A stretch of 34,105 bases of DNA from Thermoguttaceae bacterium (GTDB lineage Bacteria > Planctomycetota > Planctomycetia > Pirellulales > Thermoguttaceae). Shown here piece by piece: positions 28,262-34,105 of this stretch. Numbering within the stretch: position 1 is the stretch's first letter; every line of letters begins with the position of its first letter. The DNA lies in NCBI GenBank assembly GCA_017466305.1, contig JAFTUJ010000520.1, forward strand, positions 1 through 34,105, read 5' to 3'. Both the position numbers and the translations under genes were made by a program. The notes under the pieces are model-generated. The model had not been told where the DNA came from, searched no databases, and saw only the letters and a program-made list of their open reading frames with translations.

Positions 28262-31027
28262 TTACTTGCTTTCCTTAAAGAAGAACGAACCGGACGGAAC
28301 TTCGAAAACGGCGAAACCGTCGACGTCGCCGACAAACTTCGCGCCACGCGACGCTTCGATCTTGCCGTTTTTCAACGTTTTAGGAACGTAAACCGTCGCC
28401 GACGTGTTCGGCGGAACGACGACCGACAGTTCGAAACCGGTCGGCTTCTTCTCCCAACTCGACTTGATTTCGCCGACGATAGAGCGGTAAGCGCCCTTGG
28501 CGAAGGTCAAATCGGTCGCGTCGGCTTTCGGCGGTCGAATCGTAAACTTCTTGAACGCAACGACTTCCGCGTCGCGTTGAATCCCGAGAACGTTCGAAAC
28601 GTACCAAGCGACCGGGTACAAGTACGAGCTGTGCAGGAGCGAGTGGCCCGGACGGTCGAGCTCCCAAGCTTCCCAATACGTCGTCGCGTCGTGCTTGCGC
28701 ATGAAGCCCCAACTCGGGTACTCCGTTTGCTTTAGCGTCGAGTAAATCAGGTCGTCGCGGTTGTTGTAACGGAGGTAGCGGTAAAGGAGCCCGCCGCCGG
28801 TGATGCCCGCGCCGATATGCCCCTTGGCGTCAACGTAAATCGCCTTTTCGAGCCGTTTAACGACGCGTTCGGCGTCGGCGTCGGTCGGCGCGATTTCCGT
28901 TAAGAGCGCGAGCCCCAAAATCGCTTGCGCGTCGTCGAAATACGAACCTTCTTCCGGCTTGAAGTACTTGGCGTTAATCGCTTTACGAGCGGCTTCCGCT
29001 TTCGCTTCCCACTCGGCGGCGCGGTCTTCGCGACCGATAACGCGAGCGATTTGCGCGGCGGTCTTCAGGTTGAAAACGCGATAGATGTTGTTTAAACACA
29101 ACGCTTGCGGCGTGTGCGAGTTCGGCCCGTCCGGCGCGCCCGGCCAGAGCCAGTCGCCGAGGAAGCGCCATTCGTCGCCGTAACGCTTCAACAAGTCGTT
29201 TTCGACGTGCAAGTCGAGGAACGCCAACCACTTCTCGATCGTTTCGAAGTTCTCTTCGAGGATGCGCGTATCGCCGTATTGCAGGTAATACGTCCAAGGA
29301 AGCGTGATAACGATACCGCCCCAAGACGGCCCGCCGCCGCCCCAATAAGTCGGCGCGGTGCACGGCAAGCAACCGTCGGCGTAGTCTTTTTGGCAGTCGC
29401 GCCAGTCTTCTAACCACTTATAATAGAAGGCTTCGAGCGCGTAATTGTACATGCCGGACTCCGACGTGGCGTGCGCGTCGCCGCCGTATCCCATCCGCTC
29501 GCGTTGCGGGCAGTCGACGACGTAACCGCCGACCGACAGGTTCTCGAACGTCCAGGTTCCGACGTTGTAAATCCAGTTTTGAAGGTCGTTAGACGTTTCA
29601 AAGTCGGCCGCGTCGGCGTAACCGGTGCGGACGTGCCAACCTCTAACGTCTTCCAATTTCGGCGCTTCGGTCAAACCGCGGACGGTAATCCAACGCCCGG
29701 AGCTATAATTGAAGCGGTTTTTGAAGACGCCTTCGCCGCTCGGTCCGATAACGTAAACGCTGTTAAGACCGAAGGTTCGCGCGTCTTGGTTGCGCTCCGA
29801 ATATTCGAAAACGATTTCCGTTCCGGGTTTTCCCTTGACTTTGAACTCGGTCCAACCGGCGAAGTTGACGCCCATATCGACGCGCCACACGTTGTCGCCT
29901 TTCGCCTCAATTTTAACCGGTTTGATTTCCGCGCCAAGGACGTTGCGTTCGGTCGCTTGAGCGCTAAGTTCAAGTTTCGGCGCGAATTCCGTCGCGTTCT
30001 TCCAAGCGGAATCGTCGAAATCGGCCTTGTTCCAATCGGCGTTTTCGAGGTTCGCGTCGTAACGTTCGCCGCCGAAGCGATGGAAGTTCCATTCGCCGAT
30101 CAGCGAGTTCGGGCTCTTGCTCCACTTCCAAGTTTTGTCCGTAACAAGGCGAGTCGACGTCCCGTCGCCAAAACGCAAGTCCGCTTGCGCGATAACGATA
30201 GGCGTTTTCGGTTTATCCGGCGTCGCATATTCGGAATAGACCGACCAAGAGTTGCCGAGCCAAAGCGCGACGACGTTTTTCCCCTTGCGCAACAACGGTT
30301 TAAGGTCGTAAGCCAAGTAACGGGCGCGATACTTGTGGTTCGAGACGTTCGGCGCCAAGACCGATTCTTTGTCGACTTGTTCGCCGTTGACGTAAACCTC
30401 GTGATAACCGACGCTTGCGACGAACATGACGGCGCGTTCCGGAACCGCGTCGAGTTCGAACGTCTTGCGCAGCCAAGGGTCGTTGCGCGTTCCGGTTTTC
30501 GGGTCGAGCGTCGTCGTTTCGAGAACGCCCTTTTTATCGGCCGGAATTTCGCCCGCGCCGATCCACTTCGCCGACCATTCGGACGCGTCGAGAAGCCCGG
30601 TCGTCCAAGTCGCGACCGCCGACGGTTCCGACGCAACCCCGTCTTGATCCTTAACTTGCACCGTCCAATAATACGTCGAATCGGATTTCAACGCGGCGCC
30701 GTTAAAGTCGATCGGCGTCGAACGGTCGGACTCGACCCAACCGCTGTCCCAAACCTTCCCGGCGCCGGCTTTCGCGTCCGCTTCCGTCGCGTCGACTTTC
30801 AAGCGGTAAGCCGTTTGCGCAAGGCCGATTAGGTCGGCGTCTTTCGTTTCGAGAATCCAACCGAAACGCGGTTTTTCGGCGTCGAGCCCGGTCGGATTCG
30901 TCAAATATTCGCAACGCAAATTCGTCGGAACGAGCGGCGAAACGTCTGCCGCGCGACTCGCCGACGTCCAAAACGTCGCGCCGACAAGCGCCGTTAAAAA
31001 CGCGGCGCTCCAAAGCGTCTTCTTCAT
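28262..31027 (-). CDS. Alpha-L-rhamnosidase, glycoside hydrolase family 78; secreted
   Basis: The 921-aa ORF has a signal peptide and the N-terminal block LRCEYLTNPTGLDAEKPRFGWIL. It also carries the (alpha/alpha)6-domain block DCPQRERMGYGGDAHATSE typical of GH78. Confidence 0.85.
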   Translation of the reverse strand: MKKTLWSAAFLTALVGATFWTSASRAADVSPLVPTNLRCEYLTNPTGLDAEKPRFGWILETKDADLIGLAQTAYRLKVDATEADAKAGAGKVWDSGWVESDRSTPIDFNGAALKSDSTYYWTVQVKDQDGVASEPSAVATWTTGLLDASEWSAKWIGAGEIPADKKGVLETTTLDPKTGTRNDPWLRKTFELDAVPERAVMFVASVGYHEVYVNGEQVDKESVLAPNVSNHKYRARYLAYDLKPLLRKGKNVVALWLGNSWSVYSEYATPDKPKTPIVIAQADLRFGDGTSTRLVTDKTWKWSKSPNSLIGEWNFHRFGGERYDANLENADWNKADFDDSAWKNATEFAPKLELSAQATERNVLGAEIKPVKIEAKGDNVWRVDMGVNFAGWTEFKVKGKPGTEIVFEYSERNQDARTFGLNSVYVIGPSGEGVFKNRFNYSSGRWITVRGLTEAPKLEDVRGWHVRTGYADAADFETSNDLQNWIYNVGTWTFENLSVGGYVVDCPQRERMGYGGDAHATSESGMYNYALEAFYYKWLEDWRDCQKDYADGCLPCTAPTYWGGGGPSWGGIVITLPWTYYLQYGDTRILEENFETIEKWLAFLDLHVENDLLKRYGDEWRFLGDWLWPGAPDGPNSHTPQALCLNNIYRVFNLKTAAQIARVIGREDRAAEWEAKAEAARKAINAKYFKPEEGSYFDDAQAILGLALLTEIAPTDADAERVVKRLEKAIYVDAKGHIGAGITGGGLLYRYLRYNNRDDLIYSTLKQTEYPSWGFMRKHDATTYWEAWELDRPGHSLLHSSYLYPVAWYVSNVLGIQRDAEVVAFKKFTIRPPKADATDLTFAKGAYRSIVGEIKSSWEKKPTGFELSVVVPPNTSATVYVPKTLKNGKIEASRGAKFVGDVDGFAVFEVPSGSFFFKESK

Positions 31028-31186
31028 CGCAATTCCTTTATTTTCCCAATGTTAAAGAAACGCGCCGTCTCGCCGTTGCGACAAGTCGACGCGAAAATAT
31101 CTTTTATTATTCGCCGTTTTGCGACGCGACGCCGTTCGTTTTTTACTCGCCCGACGCCGCGTCTTAACACGTTGCAACGTCGACCG

Positions 31187-34105
31187 TTAGCGCGCCGACG
31201 TCGAAACCGTTACCGGGCCGATCAAACCGGAGCGTTTCAACGGCGATTTCGCGTTGTAACTGTTGACCGGGCACCAAGTTTTGCGTTCCGCTTCCGGCAG
31301 GGCCGCGTCGCCGATCAGGCGGTTGACCCAGCAGTTGACGACTTCGATTTCGATGTCGTTCTTGCCTTCGCGCGCAAAACGAGTAACGTCAAGACGATAC
31401 GGAGCCGTCCAAACGCCGCCGACGTACTCGCCGTTGACTTTCACCTTCGCCATTTCCGAAACGGCGCCGAGCGACAAGAAGACGCGCTCGCCTTCCGCGA
31501 CCTTGGGAAGATCGCAAGTCGTTTTATAAACGGCGGTTCCGGAGTAATACTTAATCGCCGCGTCGGTCGATTGCGTCCAGTCGATCAGTTTGTCGAAAAC
31601 GACCGGATCTTTCGGACCGCGCGCGATTTCGCCGGAATCGAAGGCGACCGTCCAAGGCCCGGCGAGCGTCGCGATTTCCTTCGTTTCAGCGGCTTTCGCT
31701 TCGCCGGAAGTCGTTTCCTTAGCGTCGTTTGCGAAGACGACAAAAACGCTTTCTTGCGCCGCGAAGTCGAGCGTCGCGGTCGTTCGCCCGTTTTCCGAAC
31801 GCCAAGCGTCGACGCTAATCGTTTCGCCGGTCGCCGGGAGCCAAATTTCGGGCGTTTTGCCGTCGACGCGGAAGGTAATTTCGACGTTTTCAAGCGTCTT
31901 ATCCGATTGATTCGCAAGGAAATAGACGTCCGCGTCTTCCATTGTTCGACGGTTGTAAACGAGCGGCGTTCCGGTCGGAATTTCGCAGTCCGGCGCGCAC
32001 TTGAGTTCGGCGAACACTTCGTCGAGCGTCAAGCCCCAAGCGATCGTTCCTTTGCCGAACTTCCGCGATTTCACCGACTTACCGTCGACGTCGCCCCAAA
32101 GTTCGTCCGCCATTTTCTTAACGTCGGCGTCGGCTTGCGGTTGATTTTGCAAACTCGGCGAGCGCGACGGTTTCGGCCCGAGAACGTAAGCGCCGTCGGC
32201 GACGAGCTGTTTAATCTTCGCCAACAATTCCGGACGCATCGTTTCGAGTTTCGGCAACACGAGGACTTTGTAAGTCGTTCCGTGCGGCAAGGTTAGCTCG
32301 CCGTTTTCGTTGACGCTGGTCGTTTCGCGCAACACTTCGGCGTTGATGAAGTCGAACTGACGGCCCGCCGGGAGCGCCGGGTCGACCGCGCCCATCATCT
32401 TCGGCGCGTCTTCGCCGATAAAGTAAGCGACGTCCGCGACGTTCAAGCCTTGTTGCAACATGTAGTTGCAGCGTTTCAAGTAATCGACGTAAAGATCGAG
32501 CTGTTTGAACCAAGTGTTATGACGGTTGAACTCGTTGCCAAACCAAGCGTTAAAGCCGGGAACGCGTTCGTCAGGCTGCATGACGTAAAGGTGTAACAGC
32601 GTGTTGTTGATCCCCTGCGAAAAGAAGAGGTCGGTGCGCTTCTTCATATTGACCGGGCTGCGACCGTAAGGGTTGCCCGCGCACGTGTTAGACTCGGCCC
32701 AAATCTTCGTTTTGCCGTAAATGTGCCCGCACGACGCCGCGAGACGGTTCTCGACGTCGCCAAGCGTTCCTTCGCTCCAATATTCGCCGGCGATTTCGTT
32801 CGATTGACCGCCGTATTGCAGGAACTCGCCCGGGAATCCCCAGTGCCCGTAACATTCGAGCCAGGTTCGCTTTCCCTTCGCCATACTCGCGTCGCGCAAC
32901 CCGCCGACGTAAGAGTAAGCGACCTCGTCCGCGACAAAACGTCGCACGTCCCAAAGGAAACGGTCGGACGTCTCTTGATCTTTCACAACCGTCCCAAAAT
33001 AAACGGGTAAGAACGGCGTCGGGTCGTAACCGAACGACTTTTCAAACTTCGCGGCGAAATCGTCGGTGAAGTTTTGCCCGCCGACTTCGTAACTGTCGAG
33101 CACGATCGTCGAGAACGACTTGCCGTCTTCCGGCCCGAGCGTGTCGATCAACTTGCTCATGTACGCGTCGAAGTGTTCTAAGACGCGCTCTTTGCTCATT
33201 TTATCGACTTCGTACCCGGTCGCTTCCGGGACGGCCGGCGCGTTCGTCGTTCCCGTCGGCGTTACGCCGTATCGCTCGACGATCCATTCGCCTTCCGGAA
33301 CGTCCCAAGTCAATACGCCGTCGGCGCTTAGCTTGTCGGTTAAGTCGACGACTTTCGTCGGGTCGACGGCGAGCGACGCGTCGTCGATTTCCGGCGACGG
33401 CGCCCATTGGTACTCCGTCCACATCGGTTGCGGCGTTTCGTGCATCTTCGCGAGCGTTTTGTCGTAAACGGCGGCGACTTTCGGCGCGGCGCTCAATTCG
33501 ACCGACGCAATTCCGGCGCCGTTGCGGTCGCTCGTTACAACCAGTTGAAATTCCGTCGCTTGCGTCGCTTCGAAAGCGGCGGTAACGGGCGCGTACGGCA
33601 TAAAGCCGACGTTAATTTCCGGGTTGTAACGGCTGATTTTGAACTCGCAAACCTTCTGCGACGTCCCGCCGATTGTCGCGAAAAGCTCGGCCTTCCCGGC
33701 GATCGGGCTTTCTTTGAAGTCGAGACAAACGGCGCGCGCGGTAAACGGTTGCTCCGACTTGATTTCGATCGTCGTCGGTTTGTTCGCTTGCAGTTCGAAA
33801 AAGCCTTTTTCCGGTTTGCTAACGAGCGTCGCGGAGTAATCTTTCGGCGCCGGGTACGCGAGGACGCGAACGTCTTGATACTCGTCCTTCTTTTTGCTTC
33901 TAAACTCCGGTTTCGGAAGCGCTTGCGCAAACTTCGCGGGGCCCTTGACGACCGTTTTACTCGACGTCAGGTAACGCATCGCTTGGGTATGTTTAACCCA
34001 AGGCCCGCCCGATTGGCTCCAACCCGGCGAGTTGAAAATCCCCATCTCGACGTCGAGTTCGGACGCGGTCTTAAACGCCGCTCGCACCGTCGCGTACCAT
34101 TCCGG
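31187..34105 (-). CDS. GH106-like glycoside hydrolase (alpha-L-rhamnosidase family); the N-terminus lies outside the window
   Basis: The reading frame stays open to the window edge (..PEWYATVRAAFKTASELDVEMGIFNSPGWSQSGGPWVK). The C-terminal galactose-binding-like module reads VNGEYVGGVWTAPYRLDVT..GKNDIEIEVVNCWVNRLIGD, which from memory is characteristic of this family. Confidence 0.65.
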   Translation of the reverse strand, partial: PEWYATVRAAFKTASELDVEMGIFNSPGWSQSGGPWVKHTQAMRYLTSSKTVVKGPAKFAQALPKPEFRSKKKDEYQDVRVLAYPAPKDYSATLVSKPEKGFFELQANKPTTIEIKSEQPFTARAVCLDFKESPIAGKAELFATIGGTSQKVCEFKISRYNPEINVGFMPYAPVTAAFEATQATEFQLVVTSDRNGAGIASVELSAAPKVAAVYDKTLAKMHETPQPMWTEYQWAPSPEIDDASLAVDPTKVVDLTDKLSADGVLTWDVPEGEWIVERYGVTPTGTTNAPAVPEATGYEVDKMSKERVLEHFDAYMSKLIDTLGPEDGKSFSTIVLDSYEVGGQNFTDDFAAKFEKSFGYDPTPFLPVYFGTVVKDQETSDRFLWDVRRFVADEVAYSYVGGLRDASMAKGKRTWLECYGHWGFPGEFLQYGGQSNEIAGEYWSEGTLGDVENRLAASCGHIYGKTKIWAESNTCAGNPYGRSPVNMKKRTDLFFSQGINNTLLHLYVMQPDERVPGFNAWFGNEFNRHNTWFKQLDLYVDYLKRCNYMLQQGLNVADVAYFIGEDAPKMMGAVDPALPAGRQFDFINAEVLRETTSVNENGELTLPHGTTYKVLVLPKLETMRPELLAKIKQLVADGAYVLGPKPSRSPSLQNQPQADADVKKMADELWGDVDGKSVKSRKFGKGTIAWGLTLDEVFAELKCAPDCEIPTGTPLVYNRRTMEDADVYFLANQSDKTLENVEITFRVDGKTPEIWLPATGETISVDAWRSENGRTTATLDFAAQESVFVVFANDAKETTSGEAKAAETKEIATLAGPWTVAFDSGEIARGPKDPVVFDKLIDWTQSTDAAIKYYSGTAVYKTTCDLPKVAEGERVFLSLGAVSEMAKVKVNGEYVGGVWTAPYRLDVTRFAREGKNDIEIEVVNCWVNRLIGDAALPEAERKTWCPVNSYNAKSPLKRSGLIGPVTVSTSAR

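Overview
This is a 34.1-kb chromosomal window, roughly 60% GC by hand counts and strikingly CpG-rich. It most likely comes from an anaerobic, polysaccharide-degrading member of the PVC superphylum (Planctomycetota, Lentisphaerota or Kiritimatiellota-like). The clues are a DUF1559/prepilin-like protein with the H-X9-DG motif and its small lipoprotein partner, a Tat-signal Gfo/Idh/MocA oxidoreductase, FGE-sulfatase-domain paralogs and PFOR. I support 21 protein-coding genes, 19 of them on the minus strand. They are a DHH phosphoesterase (partial), two tandem FGE-like paralogs, GH127, a five-bladed beta-propeller glycoside hydrolase, a Tat MBL-fold hydrolase, the lipoprotein plus DUF1559 pair, an oxidoreductase, a greatly expanded Lnt, a degenerate hybrid-cluster-protein-like gene, PFOR (nifJ), azlCD, a three-gene overlapping cassette, an SbcD/YhaO-like nuclease, a beta-lactamase-family/esterase fusion, GH78 and a GH106-like enzyme (partial). 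I saw no rRNA, tRNA, CRISPR array, transposase or integrase. The best candidate for something new is the cassette at 22.9-24.2 kb. It encodes a DUF4417-like protein, a His-cluster putative nuclease toxin and a small acidic immunity-like protein. Their stop and start codons overlap, composition breaks sharply at the first gene junction, and an A7 tract sits where loss of one nucleotide would fuse genes 1 and 2. The cassette lies back-to-back with an SbcD-like nuclease that has no ATPase partner. Secondary oddities are an HCP-fold protein that has lost nearly all Fe-S ligands (divergent from PFOR), a 905-aa Lnt with repeat-encoded low-complexity inserts, and a 79-bp tandem triplication of the azlD 3' end whose only differences are synonymous. 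All family calls rest on by-eye motif recognition and need HMM or structure confirmation.
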